From an uncultured Pseudomonadales bacterium (GTDB lineage: Bacteria; Patescibacteriota; Microgenomatia; UBA1400; MFAQ01): a stretch of 64,000 nucleotides of DNA. Positions 19,279 through 30,801 of the stretch are shown here, piece by piece; positions within the stretch are counted from its first letter, which is position 1; every line of letters starts with the position of its first letter. The DNA lies in contig CAZARR010000003.1 of the NCBI GenBank assembly GCA_964487665.1, positions 6,998-70,997 on the forward strand, read 5' to 3'. A model generated the notes under the pieces. The model had not been told where the DNA came from. It made no database searches and worked only from the letters and a program-made list of their open reading frames with translations. Both the position numbers and the translations under genes were made by a program.

Positions 19279-20454
19279 CTAGGCAAGAACCTTGGTAATT
19301 ACTCCCGAGCCGATGGTTTGCCCACCTTCGCGAATAGCAAAGCGCAAACCTTCTTCCATAGCTACTGGTTGAATTAGTTCAACGGTAAACTTGGCATTAT
19401 CACCAGGCATAATCATTTCTACTCCTTCGGGGAGGGTGACTGAACCAGTTACGTCGGTGGTACGAACGTAAAATTGGGGTTTGTAGCCACTAAACATGGG
19501 GGTGTGTCTACCACCCTCATCCTTGCCAAGAACGTATACTTCCGCCTCAAATTTGGTGTGAGGAGTAATGGTTCCAGGCTTGGCTAGAACTTGTCCACGC
19601 TCGACATCCTCTTTTTCAATTCCTCGCAATAGAAGGCCGGCGTTGTCTCCCGCCATTCCCTGGTCGAGTGATTGACGGAACATTTCGACACCAGTGACAA
19701 CGCTTTTTTTGGTGGGACGAAGACCAATTATTTCAATTTCTTCACCAACCTTAACGGTGCCACGCTCGATTCTGCCGGTAACAACAGTACCTCGACCTTT
19801 GATTGAAAACACATCCTCGATGGGCATAAGGAATGGTTTGTCGAGGTCTCGAATCGGATCGGGAATCCATGAGTCGACAGTATCCATTAGTTTCATGATC
19901 TGCTCTTGAGCAGCAGCATCACCCTCGAGAGCTTTGAGTGCGGAAACGCGAATGATTGGGGTGTTTTCTTCGTATTCAAACTTTTTGAGAAGTTCACGAA
20001 TCTCCATCTCGACTAGCTCGATGAGCTCTGGATCATCAACCATGTCAACCTTGTTTAGAGCGACAACGATTTTTGGAACATTAACTTGGCGGGCTAAGAG
20101 TAAGTGCTCTTTGGTCTGGGGCATAGGACCGTCTGTAGCCGCAATAACTAGAATGGCACCATCCATTTGGGCCGCACCAGTAATCATGTTCTTGATAAAG
20201 TCGGCGTGTCCTGGACAGTCGATGTGGGCATAGTGACGTTTTTCTGTTTCGTAGGGGACGTGGGTAATGTTGATGGTAACACCACGAGCTTTTTCTTCGG
20301 GGGAGGCATCAATTTGGTCATAAGCCATGGCTTGAGCCAGACCTTTTTTAGCTAGGGTTGCGGTAATAGCGGCTGTTAGAGTGGTTTTGCCATGGTCAAC
20401 GTGACCAATGGTACCAATGTTAACGTGAGGCTTTGTTCTTTGAAATGTAGCCAT
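19279..20454 (-). CDS. tuf: Elongation factor Tu
   Basis: [27 protein letters not shown]. Confidence 0.98.
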   Translation of the reverse strand: MATFQRTKPHVNIGTIGHVDHGKTTLTAAITATLAKKGLAQAMAYDQIDASPEEKARGVTINITHVPYETEKRHYAHIDCPGHADFIKNMITGAAQMDGAILVIAATDGPMPQTKEHLLLARQVNVPKIVVALNKVDMVDDPELIELVEMEIRELLKKFEYEENTPIIRVSALKALEGDAAAQEQIMKLMDTVDSWIPDPIRDLDKPFLMPIEDVFSIKGRGTVVTGRIERGTVKVGEEIEIIGLRPTKKSVVTGVEMFRQSLDQGMAGDNAGLLLRGIEKEDVERGQVLAKPGTITPHTKFEAEVYVLGKDEGGRHTPMFSGYKPQFYVRTTDVTGSVTLPEGVEMIMPGDNAKFTVELIQPVAMEEGLRFAIREGGQTIGSGVITKVLA

Positions 20455-20499
20455 TGTTGCTTAAAATAATATTAAATAATTGCTAACGAAGCGGCGTTT

Positions 20500-20508
20500 A
20501 TTGTACCA
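20500..20508 (-). promoter_or_regulatory. Extended -10 promoter (TGgTACAAT) for tuf within the fusA-tuf gap
   Basis: Matches TGnTAnnnT, 45 nt upstream of the tuf ATG. Confidence 0.55.
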
Positions 20509-20521
20509 GATCTATATAATT

Positions 20522-22639
20522 TTAACTAGCAGGTTTGATCAGTTTCGAGGCGAGAGAATCGGGTAGAATCTGGTAATGGCTGGGTTCCATATAATAGCTA
20601 GCTCTACCAGCAGTAAGAGAGCGAATAACCGTCGAGTAGGATCCCATCTCGGCTAAAGGGACATGGGCGGTAATAACTCGAGCGTTACCGCGTTGTTCTG
20701 TCCCCAAAATTTGGGCGCGACGACTTGATAAGTCGCCAATGATGTCACCCATGTAGGTTTCCGGGGTGGTCACTTCGACCTTCATGATTGGTTCGAGAAC
20801 GACCGGGGAGGCTTTTTTGATTGCATCCTGAACCGCTAAAGAGCCGGCTATTTTGAAGGCAATTTCAGAAGAGTCAACCTCGTGGAAGCTGCCATCGACC
20901 ACGCTAACCTCGATATCCACAACCGGAAAGCCAGCGATGACCCCGTTTTCCAACGCCTCCTTGATACCCTTTTCGATGGGGGCGATAAATTCTCGTGGTA
21001 TGGCACCGCCAGTAATTTTATTTACAAAGGTAAAACCTTCTCCCCTGGTCTTGGGAGTGATGGTCAGAACACAGTGTCCGTATTGCCCACGCCCACCTGA
21101 TTGGCGGATGTACTTGCCCTCGGCCTCAGCATCTTTGGTGATTGTTTCTCGATAGGCAACTTGGGGCGTACCGGTGTTGGCATCAACTTTGAATTCACGA
21201 CGCAATCTTTCGACCAAAACTTCGAGGTGGAGTTCGCCCATCCCCGAGATGACTGTTTGTCCGGTTTCGGGATTGCTTTTTATTTTGAAGGTGGGGTCTT
21301 CGTCGGAAAGTTTTCCGAGGGCCAGTCCAAGTTTTTCTAAATCGGCTTTGGTTTTGGGTTCGATGGCAAGAGAGATAACAGGTTCGGGGAAGTTAATGCT
21401 TTCGAGGATAATTGGTTTGTTCTCGTCACACAATGTATCACCGGTTTTGGTATTTTTGAGCCCGACCACAGCAACGATCTCACCAGCTGAGGCTTCAGCG
21501 GTTTCTTCCCGTTGGTTGGCATGCATCAAAAGAATCCGACCAATCCTTTCTTTTTCGGACTTGGATGAGTTGTAAATATAACTACCGGAGGTAAGTTTTC
21601 CGGAATACACCCTGAGATAAGTTAGACGACCAACATGTGGATCGGTTTGAATTTTGAAAGCAAGAATGGCAGTGGGATCTGTGGGAGTGGGTTTGCGTTC
21701 TTCGATATTGTTGGTTTTAGGGTTGGTACCAGAAACCGAACCACGGTCTAGAGGGCTGGGTAAATATTCGACTACAGCATCGAGCAGAGGCTGGACACCT
21801 TTGTTGCGTAAAGAAGAACCTGGATATACGGGAACAAGTTGGTTGGTTATGGTGGCGCGGCGCAGGGCGACTTTGATTTCAACCAGATCCAGATCTTCGC
21901 CATTAAGGAATTTTTCCAATAAGGTGTCATCGGTCTCAGCAATGATTTCCACCAGCTTTTGCCGATGGGTTTGGACTTCATCTGCCATGGTGTCGGGAAT
22001 GTCGGTAACTTGATATTTGGCTCCGGTCTCGTCTCCTTCCCAAATAATTGCTTTACGCTCGAGTAAGAGAGCCACCCCTTTGAATGAATTTTCGACTCCG
22101 ATGGGAAGAGCCATGACTGCTGTCTTGGCTCCTAGTTTTTCGTGAACATCATTTATGGTGGCCATAAAATCGGCACCAAGAACGTCCATTTTGTTGACAA
22201 AAGCGATACGGGGTACTTTGTATTTGTCTGCCTGGCGCCAGACGGTTTCAGTCTGGGATTGGACACCTGAGCCAGCATCTAAGACAATGATTCCTCCGTC
22301 CAAAACACGCAATGATCGTTCAACCTCAGCGGTAAAGTCTACATGGCCCGGTGTATCAATAATATTGAAACGATGCTCGGACTTGATGCTGGAGGTGTCG
22401 AGGATGGGGGTCCAAAAAGTGGTAGTAGCCGCTGAGACGATAGTAATCCCACGTTCACGTTCTTGGTCCATCCAATCCATTTGGGTGTCACCATCATCGA
22501 TGTCTCCGATTTTGTAACTTTTGCCGGTGTAGTAGAGAATTCGCTCAGTGGTAGTGGTTTTTCCGGCATCTATGTGAGCAATGACACCAATGTTACGTAC
22601 GCGTTCAAGGGGGGTGGACTTGTTACTATTAACGGCCAT
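20522..22639 (-). CDS. fusA: Elongation factor G
   Basis: [32 protein letters not shown]. Confidence 0.98.
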   Translation of the reverse strand: MAVNSNKSTPLERVRNIGVIAHIDAGKTTTTERILYYTGKSYKIGDIDDGDTQMDWMDQERERGITIVSAATTTFWTPILDTSSIKSEHRFNIIDTPGHVDFTAEVERSLRVLDGGIIVLDAGSGVQSQTETVWRQADKYKVPRIAFVNKMDVLGADFMATINDVHEKLGAKTAVMALPIGVENSFKGVALLLERKAIIWEGDETGAKYQVTDIPDTMADEVQTHRQKLVEIIAETDDTLLEKFLNGEDLDLVEIKVALRRATITNQLVPVYPGSSLRNKGVQPLLDAVVEYLPSPLDRGSVSGTNPKTNNIEERKPTPTDPTAILAFKIQTDPHVGRLTYLRVYSGKLTSGSYIYNSSKSEKERIGRILLMHANQREETAEASAGEIVAVVGLKNTKTGDTLCDENKPIILESINFPEPVISLAIEPKTKADLEKLGLALGKLSDEDPTFKIKSNPETGQTVISGMGELHLEVLVERLRREFKVDANTGTPQVAYRETITKDAEAEGKYIRQSGGRGQYGHCVLTITPKTRGEGFTFVNKITGGAIPREFIAPIEKGIKEALENGVIAGFPVVDIEVSVVDGSFHEVDSSEIAFKIAGSLAVQDAIKKASPVVLEPIMKVEVTTPETYMGDIIGDLSSRRAQILGTEQRGNARVITAHVPLAEMGSYSTVIRSLTAGRASYYMEPSHYQILPDSLASKLIKPAS

Positions 22640-22643
22640 GGCT

Positions 22644-23135
22644 TCACCAACGGAAGTGACTAAAGGCCTTGTTGGCTTCGGCCATCTTATGTGTTTCTAG
22701 TTTTTTCTTGATGGCATTACCTTGATTTTCGTGAGCTTCGAGTATTTCCGCAGCTAGTTTTTCAGCGAAGGTGTGGTAAGTTTTGTTAGGTCGGTTCGTG
22801 GCTGATTCTACTAGCCAGCGCAACGATAGGCTTTGTTTGCGCTCAGGTCTGACTGCCGTAGGTACTTGGTAGTTGGCACCGCCAACTCGGCGACTACGAA
22901 CCTCCATCTCTGGCTTAATATTCTCAAGGGAGGTCTTGAAAAATTCCAGCGGATCAGTTTTGGTTTGTTCTCCAATAATATCAAAGGCCTTGTAAACTAT
23001 TCTCTCCGCGATAGTTTTTTGGCCGTTGTTCATGCAATAGTTAATTAATTTGGTGACCAAGACACTGTGATAAACAGAATCCGGTTTTGATTGCCGGTAA
23101 ATTGGTTTGACTGTGGCGACTTTTTTGTGTCTCAT
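22644..23135 (-). CDS. rpsG: 30S ribosomal protein S7
   Basis: [21 protein letters not shown]. Confidence 0.97.
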   Translation of the reverse strand: MRHKKVATVKPIYRQSKPDSVYHSVLVTKLINYCMNNGQKTIAERIVYKAFDIIGEQTKTDPLEFFKTSLENIKPEMEVRSRRVGGANYQVPTAVRPERKQSLSLRWLVESATNRPNKTYHTFAEKLAAEILEAHENQGNAIKKKLETHKMAEANKAFSHFRW

Positions 23136-23138
23136 GTT

Positions 23139-23552
23139 TTATGCGGTCGGTCGTTTAACACCATATTTCGAGCGACTAGTCTTTCTTTTTTCGACACCAG
23201 TGGCATCAAGGTGACCACGAACTATGTGATATTTGACGCCGGGGAGATCTTTGACACGGCCGCCGCGAACTAAAACTACCGAGTGTTCGGCAAGGTTGTG
23301 ACCTTCTCCCATAATATAGGCGGTAACTTCTTGTTTGTTGCTGAGACGAACTCGGGCAACCTTACGGAGGGCCGAGTTTGGTTTTTTTGGTGTCATGGTT
23401 TTGACCAAGATGCAAACTCCGGACTTTTGGGGACCCATGGTGCTAATCATGCGCCTTTTCACCGAGTTATAACTTTTGCGCAGGGCGGTAGTTTTGATCT
23501 TTTTTTTAACGCTTATTCGCGGTTTTTTGATTAGCTGATTGATCGTAGGCAT
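23139..23552 (-). CDS. rpsL: 30S ribosomal protein S12
   Basis: [26 protein letters not shown]; start at M23 of the ORF. Confidence 0.97.
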   Translation of the reverse strand: MPTINQLIKKPRISVKKKIKTTALRKSYNSVKRRMISTMGPQKSGVCILVKTMTPKKPNSALRKVARVRLSNKQEVTAYIMGEGHNLAEHSVVLVRGGRVKDLPGVKYHIVRGHLDATGVEKRKTSRSKYGVKRPTA

Positions 23553-23565
23553 GCGCGTTATTGTA

Positions 23566-26500
23566 TCAAAGATTCTCGATATTGGCTCTCTTTTTGCTGG
23601 TTGGAATAAGTCGGCCAATAATAACGTTCTCCTTCATGCCGAGCAATCGGTCGATTCGACCCTGGAAGGCAGCGTCGGTAAGAACACTAGTCGTGTCTTG
23701 GAAAGATGCAGCTGACAGCCAGCTTTCGGTGAATAGGGCGGTTCGAATACAACCTAAAACTAGCTGACTGGCAACAGCGGGTTCTCCTCCGGCAGCTAGT
23801 GATGCTTCGTTGGATTCTTCATAAAAACCACGGCTAATAATGTCACCGGGGACTAAGGTGGTATCTCCGGTCGAATCAATACGAACTTTGTTGCTCATCT
23901 GACGGACAACTATTTCGAGATGTTTGTCGTGGATGCTAACTCCTTGTGACTCGTAAACCGATTGGATTTCTTCGATAAGGTACTCCTGAGCCGAACGTAG
24001 TCCACGGATTCTTAAAACCTGTTGAATGTCTAAGGAACCGCTGGCTAGTTGCATTCCGGCGGCGACCAAACCCCCATCGGCAATCTTGAGAGTGCTAGTA
24101 AGTGGAATGAGATATTCTCGACGCTCGCCAGAATCGGAAGATTTGGTGGAAGTGATAGTAACCCGGTAACCAGAATCAGTTTCGAGTACCTTGGCTTTTC
24201 CGGTAATTTCAGCAATCGGTGAGGCAATTTTGGGAGCTCTGGCTTCGAAGAGTTCGATTACTCGAGGTAGTCCTTGGGTAATTTCTGCTTGGAGGGCACC
24301 AGAAGTATGTTTTGTCCGCATGGTCAGCTGGGTACCAGGTTCCCCAATTGACTGGGCTGCGACGACACCAACTGGGTCGCCAATTTTGGCGATGGAGTTG
24401 GTGGCGTAGTTGTGACCGTAACATTTGGCACAAATACCATATCGCAGTGTGCAACAAAGGGGAGAGCGAACCTCAACTTCGGTGATATTGGCAGTAATAA
24501 TTTTTTTGACCGCAACGTGGGTGATTAACTCTCCCTTTTCAACGATCACCTCCTTGGAGGCAGGGTTGGTAATTTTACTAGCAGCGAAACGGTCGACAAT
24601 TCTTTTACTAAAAACCTTTGAGCGATTACCCTCTAGTCGGACAGTAAGCTTGTCAGGGGTACCGCAATCTTCTGCCCTGATGATCACTTCGTGGCTGGCG
24701 TCAACTAGTTTTCGGGTTAAATATCCCGCGTCTGCAGTCCTAAGAGCCAAGTCAGTCAAGCCTTTGCGGGTGCCTCTGGTTGAGTTGATATATTCGAAGA
24801 TGGAGAGACCCTCCCGATAGTTACTTTTGGTCGGTAGCTCTACGATCTTTCCCAATGGATCAACAGTAAGACCCCTCATAGCCGAGAGCTGCTTGATGGT
24901 CGACTTGGAGATTCGTCCCATGCCCGTATTAACAATAAGTCGGATGGGATTGTCTGCACGCATACTATCCCAAGTCCGGTCAGCAAGTTCATCAGAGGTA
25001 AGAATCCAGGTGTTGTTGTTGTTACGGCGACGTTCTTCGTCGGTAATCAAACCAATACGATAATTATCTTCGTTTGCTTTGACTTTGGAGTTGGCTTCGG
25101 CAATTATTCTATCTTTTTCGGAATAAATTTCGTTGTCAGTAATAGAAAGCGATAGACCGGAAACCGTAGTCATTTCGAACCCGAGATTTTTGATATCGTC
25201 GACCATATTCGACACGCGCTGTGTCGCGCACTCCTTGATTGCCCGATTAAAAAGTGCAACCAGATCCGGACGGGTAAAGTCCTGGTTATAGAATTCCCAC
25301 CCCTCTGGTAAGACATCGTTGAACAAAATTCTTCCCGGTGTGGTAGTGATGATACCGGAGGCAAGACGGACATTGATCTGTTGACGTAAGCCGACTATTT
25401 CTGATTGATATGCAGTAATCGCTTCGGCCCTGTCGGAAAAGACCGATGGTGCCAATGGTAATGACTCGTCAACTGAGTTTAGATAATAAATCCCGATGGC
25501 CATTTCTTTTCCATCTGGAATAGTAATTGGAGAGCCAGAGCTAGGTTTGAGCAGATTACTTTGGGGGGTCATGTACTTGAGAGCTTCTTTGCGCGCTTTT
25601 TTGGTCAAGGGTACGTGAACGGCCATTTGATCTCCATCAAAGTCGGCATTAAAACCACCACAAACAACCGGGTGTAATCGAATCGCCGAGCCTTCGACAA
25701 GGATAGGCATAAAGGCTTGGATAGAAAGTTTATGGAGAGTAGGGGCTCTGTTGAGAAGGACGGGGTGGTTACGAGTTACCTTCTCGAGCACATCAAAAAC
25801 TTCGGGGGTGCGACGCTCAATAAGATTTTTTGCCGATCGAACATTAGGAGCGAGTCCTTTGGCAATCAATTGGTGGAGGACAAACGGCTTAAACATTTCG
25901 AGAGCCATGTCTTTGGGAATACCACACTGGTTTAGTTTGAGTTCTGAACCGACGACGATAACGCTTCGCCCAGAGTAGTCCACCCGTTTGCCGAGAAGGT
26001 TTTGGCGGAAACGGCCCTGTTTACCCTTGAGCATGTCAGAAAGACTTTTTAGTTCTTTCCCCGTGCGCGAGCGCCGGTTGGTTTTTGATTGGCTGGAATC
26101 AATAAGAGAATCGACAGCCTCCTGAAGCATTCGTTTTTCGTTGTTCAGGATGATGCTGGGTGCGCCGAGGTTTATTAGGTGTCTAAGACGATTATTGCGG
26201 TTAATCACTCGTCGGTAAAGGTCATTGAGGTCAGAGGTGGCGAATCGGCCCCCCGATAGCTGAACCATTGGACGAAGGTCTGGAGGTATAACCGGGAGAA
26301 CCTGAAGAATTGACCATTCGGGATTTACATTTGAATTGAGCAAGCCCTTGACTACCTGGTAGCGTTTGATCGCTTTTATACGACGAGTCTCGGAAGTGCT
26401 TTTTATTTCCTCTTTTAATTTGATTGCAAGTTCTTTAAGATTAACTTGTTTGAGCGACTCGAGTACCGCTTCGGCACCCATTTGAGCGCGGAAAAAACTA

Positions 26501-27270
26501 ACCGCGTCGTACTCGTCCAGCTTGATGTATTCAGTTTCAGTCAGCAAAGAATTCGGGGTAATCTGACTAACTAGCTCGAGAACCCGGTTGACTATCTCAG
26601 TCGACATAGTTACCTCTGAGGCCATTTGTTCACGTAGAGCGGCAACTTTTTGTTTAGCTGACAATTTGACAGACTCGGTTTTTAAAGCCTGCTCATCTTT
26701 GTCCTTAACTGATTTTTTAAGGGCTAAGACTTCTTTTTCTCCAGCCACTTTGACGGCCTCGATTTGTTTTTCGAAGTTTAGGCGAATCTCTTCCGCTTTG
26801 GTTTCTTTAGTTGCTTCTAGACGCTTAACGGTTTCTTCTTTGACTGTTTCATCTATAGATAAAACAAGAAAACGAGAAAAATAAATTACTGAGGTTAATT
26901 TTTTTGGGACGATATCGAGTATAAGGGAGATTTTTGAAGGTGCTCCTTTGAAAAACCAGACGTGGGCAACGGGGGCAGCAAGTTCGATATGACCCATACG
27001 TTCACGGCGAACCCGACTTAGAGTGACCTCGACTCCGCATTTGTCACAAATGATGCCTCGGAAACGCACACGCTTGTATTTTCCACAATAACATTCCCAA
27101 TCTTTGGTCGGACCAAAAATCCTTTCACAAAAAAGACCATCTTTCTCGGGTTTCTGGGTACGATAATTAATCGTCTCAGGTTTGGTGACTTCTCCTCTGG
27201 ACCAACCACGAATATCGTCAGGAGAAGCTAGCTTAATTTGCAAACCGGAAAAGTCAAGTGCATTTTTCAT
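23566..27270 (-). CDS. rpoC: RNA polymerase beta' subunit
   Basis: [23 protein letters not shown]. Confidence 0.98.
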   Translation of the reverse strand: MKNALDFSGLQIKLASPDDIRGWSRGEVTKPETINYRTQKPEKDGLFCERIFGPTKDWECYCGKYKRVRFRGIICDKCGVEVTLSRVRRERMGHIELAAPVAHVWFFKGAPSKISLILDIVPKKLTSVIYFSRFLVLSIDETVKEETVKRLEATKETKAEEIRLNFEKQIEAVKVAGEKEVLALKKSVKDKDEQALKTESVKLSAKQKVAALREQMASEVTMSTEIVNRVLELVSQITPNSLLTETEYIKLDEYDAVSFFRAQMGAEAVLESLKQVNLKELAIKLKEEIKSTSETRRIKAIKRYQVVKGLLNSNVNPEWSILQVLPVIPPDLRPMVQLSGGRFATSDLNDLYRRVINRNNRLRHLINLGAPSIILNNEKRMLQEAVDSLIDSSQSKTNRRSRTGKELKSLSDMLKGKQGRFRQNLLGKRVDYSGRSVIVVGSELKLNQCGIPKDMALEMFKPFVLHQLIAKGLAPNVRSAKNLIERRTPEVFDVLEKVTRNHPVLLNRAPTLHKLSIQAFMPILVEGSAIRLHPVVCGGFNADFDGDQMAVHVPLTKKARKEALKYMTPQSNLLKPSSGSPITIPDGKEMAIGIYYLNSVDESLPLAPSVFSDRAEAITAYQSEIVGLRQQINVRLASGIITTTPGRILFNDVLPEGWEFYNQDFTRPDLVALFNRAIKECATQRVSNMVDDIKNLGFEMTTVSGLSLSITDNEIYSEKDRIIAEANSKVKANEDNYRIGLITDEERRRNNNNTWILTSDELADRTWDSMRADNPIRLIVNTGMGRISKSTIKQLSAMRGLTVDPLGKIVELPTKSNYREGLSIFEYINSTRGTRKGLTDLALRTADAGYLTRKLVDASHEVIIRAEDCGTPDKLTVRLEGNRSKVFSKRIVDRFAASKITNPASKEVIVEKGELITHVAVKKIITANITEVEVRSPLCCTLRYGICAKCYGHNYATNSIAKIGDPVGVVAAQSIGEPGTQLTMRTKHTSGALQAEITQGLPRVIELFEARAPKIASPIAEITGKAKVLETDSGYRVTITSTKSSDSGERREYLIPLTSTLKIADGGLVAAGMQLASGSLDIQQVLRIRGLRSAQEYLIEEIQSVYESQGVSIHDKHLEIVVRQMSNKVRIDSTGDTTLVPGDIISRGFYEESNEASLAAGGEPAVASQLVLGCIRTALFTESWLSAASFQDTTSVLTDAAFQGRIDRLLGMKENVIIGRLIPTSKKRANIENL

Positions 27271-27273
27271 ATT

Positions 27274-30200
27274 TTATGCCGCGATTGGAGTAATTACTGA
27301 TTCGTCAGGGTCAGTGGCAGGACCACTAGTAGTGGTGTCATCATCACCAACTGTCGGCGCCGGATTGGTTGGGCTAACCGGTTGAGTGGGGAGGGCAATA
27401 CCGCCTTCTGCACTATTTAGTTGGATGTCAGAGCCGACTGGGGATACGTTGAGACATAGAGAGTTTAATTCTTTGACTAAAACCTTAAAGGACTCAGGAA
27501 TCGTGGAGTCGGGTATGGGCTCGCCTTTGACGATTGCTTCAAACGCCTTTGAGCGGCCAACGACGTCGTCACTCTTGAGAGTAAGCATTTCTTGGAGAAC
27601 GTGGGCGGTCTTGTGTGCTTCTAGGGCCCAAACTTCCATTTCCCCTAAGCGTTGGCCTCCCATCTGGGCTTTGCCCCCCAAGGGTTGCTGGGTAACGATT
27701 GAGTATGGCCCAGTTGAGCGGGCATGGGCCTTGTCCTCAACCATATGGTTGAGCTTGAGAATATAAGCAGTTCCCACAGCCATGCGATTACTGAAAGCGT
27801 GTCCTGTGCGACCATCGTAAAGCTGTATTTTGCCATCAGTGGGGAGCCCCGCCTCATTCATCAAGCCGGCTATTTTGTCTTCTGAGATATGCTCAAAAAC
27901 AGGAACGGCTATGGTTTGGCCAAGCTTTTTGGCTGCCAAACCTAACTGGGCTTCTAGGAGCTGCCCCAGGTTCATACGAGCAAGAGCAGACAACGGGGAA
28001 ATCATTATGTCGATCGGGGTACCGTCCGGTAGGTAGGGCATGTCACACTGGGGAATAATCTTGCTGATGACGCCTTTGTTCCCGTGGCGACCGGCGACCT
28101 TGTCCCCGGCAGTGATTTTTCTAAGTTGTGCTACCTTGACCTTGATTATCTTGGTGACACCACTCTCTAGCTCGTCACCCTTTTCACGATCAAGTATTTG
28201 AATTTCTACGACTGTCCCTTGCTCACCATGAGGCATACGTAAGGACGTGTCGCGAACTTCTCGAGCTTTTTCACCGAAAATTGCGCGGAGAAGTCTTTCT
28301 TCGGGAGTTAGTTCGGTCTCGCCACGAGGGGCAATTTTGCCAACCAATATATCATTAGGACTGACATGGGCGCCGATCATAACAATACCTGTACTGTCTA
28401 AGTTCTTTAATTCACCTTCGGCAACATTAGGAATGTCGTTAGTGAGTTCCTCTGGTCCAAGCTTGGTATCCATAACTTCGGCAACATATTCGTCAATATG
28501 AATTGAGCTGAGAAGGTCTTCGCTGACAACACGATCAGAAATAACGATAGCGTCTTCGTAACCCAAGGCTTCGTAAGTCCCATAAGCGATGGTAAGATTT
28601 TGACCTATTGCTAACTCGCCCGCATCAGTTGCAGGTCCATCGATAATTAGATCCCCTGGTAAAATTTTCTCTCCGATCTTTACCAATGGTTTCTGTGAAT
28701 AGCAAGTACTCTGGGCAGTGCGATAAAATTTTTTGACTTGATAAGTAAGAATGTCGTTTTCGAGTGATACATAGCCACTGTTGAAGCGATCGAGGTCTGA
28801 CCTGGCAGTTTGAACGTCGTCAGGGAGAAGTTTTAGACTGACTGTGCGGGAGTCTGCGTGGACGACTGTAGCATGGTAAGGCGATTTCACCACCCAGCCC
28901 ATGGCTTCAGCAACTACGCGCTCCATGCCAGTACCGACTACAGGGGCTGCAGGTTTGAGCAGGGGTACAGCTTGGCACTGCATGTTGGTTCCCATAAGCG
29001 CGCGGGTGCCATCGTCGTGGTGAACAAAAGGAATTAAAGCAGCCGAAGTACCCACGAGCTGTTGGGGTACTGTGTCAATAAATTGAATTTTGTCGACATC
29101 AACTTCGATATATTGACCGCGGTAGCGCGCAGGGACCCATTTATCGGTAATTCGGTTGTTTTCTTGTTTCACCTCGGCATGAGTGGTGTAATATTCTTCT
29201 TCCTCGGCGGCAGTTAGATAAACCAAGTCTTGGGAAATAACACCATCCTTGACCCGAAGGTAAGGAGCTTCAAGGAAGCCATACTCGTTGACGTGGGTAT
29301 AGAGAGAAAGATAGGTAACCAGGCCAATATTTTGTCCTTCTGGTGAGCGGATTGGACAGATACGGCTATACTGGCTGGAGTTGATATCGCGCATAGAAAA
29401 ACTGGCTCTTTCGCGGGTAATTCCACCGGTGCCCATCACCGATACCCTACGGAGATTGTCTACTTCGGACAGTGGATTAATTTGGTCCAAAATTGCACTA
29501 AGGCGGTTTCTGCGGAAAAATTCGGAAATTGAGGCGATAATCGGACGGGCATTAACAAAACTACTGGGAGCGTGTAATTCATCGGGGCGGGCAAGACTCA
29601 TTTTTTCCTTGATCGATCTTTCGAGGCGGATTAGTCCCATGCGAAACGCTGTTTGACCAACAAGTTCGCCCACTCGACGCATACGGCGGTTGGCGAGGTG
29701 ATCGATATCATCGACTCTACCTTTGTTGTTTTGCAGGTTGATTAGGTAGCGGATTGTAGCAATGATATCGTCGCGATCCAATATTGTGTGGGCTTGATCA
29801 ATTGGCGTGGTTAACCCGAGTTTGGTGTTGAGTTTGTAGCGCCCGACCTTGCCTAGGTCATAGCGGCGATGGTCAAAAAACATCTGATGCATCAGGTTTT
29901 TGGCGTTCTCAATTACAGCTGGTTCCCCAGGACGAATTTTGTCATAAAACTCTAGCAAGGCTTCTTCTGTGGTTTTGCTAGTATCCCGCATGAGCGTGGT
30001 ATCAATGTAGGAATGGTTCTCGTCTGTATCACAGTCAGTAAATAGTTCTTTGATCGACTCGTCAGTAGGAAAGCCTAGGGCACGAAGGAGAGTAGTGGCT
30101 GAGATTTTGCGAAAACGGTCAATTTTGACTGAAAGATGGTCATTGCGACTGACAGTCATTTCGAGCCAAGAACCTCGCAGCGGACGAATTTCTGACGAGT

Positions 30201-30657
30201 GGAGTAAACGACCAGAGTTGGGGTCAAGCTCTGATGTGAAAAAGACTCCGGGGCTACGAACCAACTGATTGACGACGACACGCTCAACACCGTTGACAAT
30301 AAAGGTACCAGCATCAGTCATGAGAGGAATGTCACCGAGAAAAACTTCCTGCTCCTGTTCTACCTTGGTTTGTAGATTGGTCAGCTTAGCTGTAACTCGT
30401 AGAGGAGCTTCGAAATTGAGACCTTTTTCGATACATGTTTTGGGGTTAAGCTTGGGTTTGCCAATGCGGTGGTCGTAAAATTCTAGTTCAAAGATTTTGC
30501 CGGTAAAATCTTTAATGGGGTTAATTTCGTGTAAGGCTTCTTTGATGCCTTCTCTTAAAAACTCTTGGTATGATTCTATCTGATAGCGGGTAAAGTTTAG
30601 TTCGGGGGTAATTTTAAATGGTTTTCCCCAATTTTGGCGTTTGTTTACCTTTGGCAT
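27274..30657 (-). CDS. rpoB: RNA polymerase beta subunit
   Basis: NGVERVVVNQL, GDKVAGRHGNKG, GGQRLGEME. Confidence 0.98.
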   Translation of the reverse strand: MPKVNKRQNWGKPFKITPELNFTRYQIESYQEFLREGIKEALHEINPIKDFTGKIFELEFYDHRIGKPKLNPKTCIEKGLNFEAPLRVTAKLTNLQTKVEQEQEVFLGDIPLMTDAGTFIVNGVERVVVNQLVRSPGVFFTSELDPNSGRLLHSSEIRPLRGSWLEMTVSRNDHLSVKIDRFRKISATTLLRALGFPTDESIKELFTDCDTDENHSYIDTTLMRDTSKTTEEALLEFYDKIRPGEPAVIENAKNLMHQMFFDHRRYDLGKVGRYKLNTKLGLTTPIDQAHTILDRDDIIATIRYLINLQNNKGRVDDIDHLANRRMRRVGELVGQTAFRMGLIRLERSIKEKMSLARPDELHAPSSFVNARPIIASISEFFRRNRLSAILDQINPLSEVDNLRRVSVMGTGGITRERASFSMRDINSSQYSRICPIRSPEGQNIGLVTYLSLYTHVNEYGFLEAPYLRVKDGVISQDLVYLTAAEEEEYYTTHAEVKQENNRITDKWVPARYRGQYIEVDVDKIQFIDTVPQQLVGTSAALIPFVHHDDGTRALMGTNMQCQAVPLLKPAAPVVGTGMERVVAEAMGWVVKSPYHATVVHADSRTVSLKLLPDDVQTARSDLDRFNSGYVSLENDILTYQVKKFYRTAQSTCYSQKPLVKIGEKILPGDLIIDGPATDAGELAIGQNLTIAYGTYEALGYEDAIVISDRVVSEDLLSSIHIDEYVAEVMDTKLGPEELTNDIPNVAEGELKNLDSTGIVMIGAHVSPNDILVGKIAPRGETELTPEERLLRAIFGEKAREVRDTSLRMPHGEQGTVVEIQILDREKGDELESGVTKIIKVKVAQLRKITAGDKVAGRHGNKGVISKIIPQCDMPYLPDGTPIDIMISPLSALARMNLGQLLEAQLGLAAKKLGQTIAVPVFEHISEDKIAGLMNEAGLPTDGKIQLYDGRTGHAFSNRMAVGTAYILKLNHMVEDKAHARSTGPYSIVTQQPLGGKAQMGGQRLGEMEVWALEAHKTAHVLQEMLTLKSDDVVGRSKAFEAIVKGEPIPDSTIPESFKVLVKELNSLCLNVSPVGSDIQLNSAEGGIALPTQPVSPTNPAPTVGDDDTTTSGPATDPDESVITPIAA

Positions 30658-30718
30658 TAGTTTTGTAGCAAAAAGGGACAGATTTTAATAATAATAAATT
30701 CCCTGTACAGGAACACAT

Positions 30719-30743
30719 AAAAACACTGGCTACAAAAAGCCAG
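30719..30743 (-). terminator. Terminator-like hairpin CTGGCT-TTTTGT-AGCCAG followed by TGTTTTT, inside the rpoB leader
   Basis: 6-bp inverted repeat at 30726-30743 with a T-rich tail on the minus strand. Confidence 0.5.
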
Positions 30744-30763
30744 CAAGATCCACAGAGAATGAG

Positions 30764-30793
30764 AGGATAGCATATTTTTTAGTGATCTGTCAA
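30764..30793 (-). promoter_or_regulatory. Sigma70 promoter of rpoBC: TTGACA-N18-TATCCT with extended-10 TG
   Basis: Perfect -35 and TGcTATCCT; same layout as the hrcA promoter. Confidence 0.65.
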
Positions 30794-30801
30794 CGGGCTA
30801 G

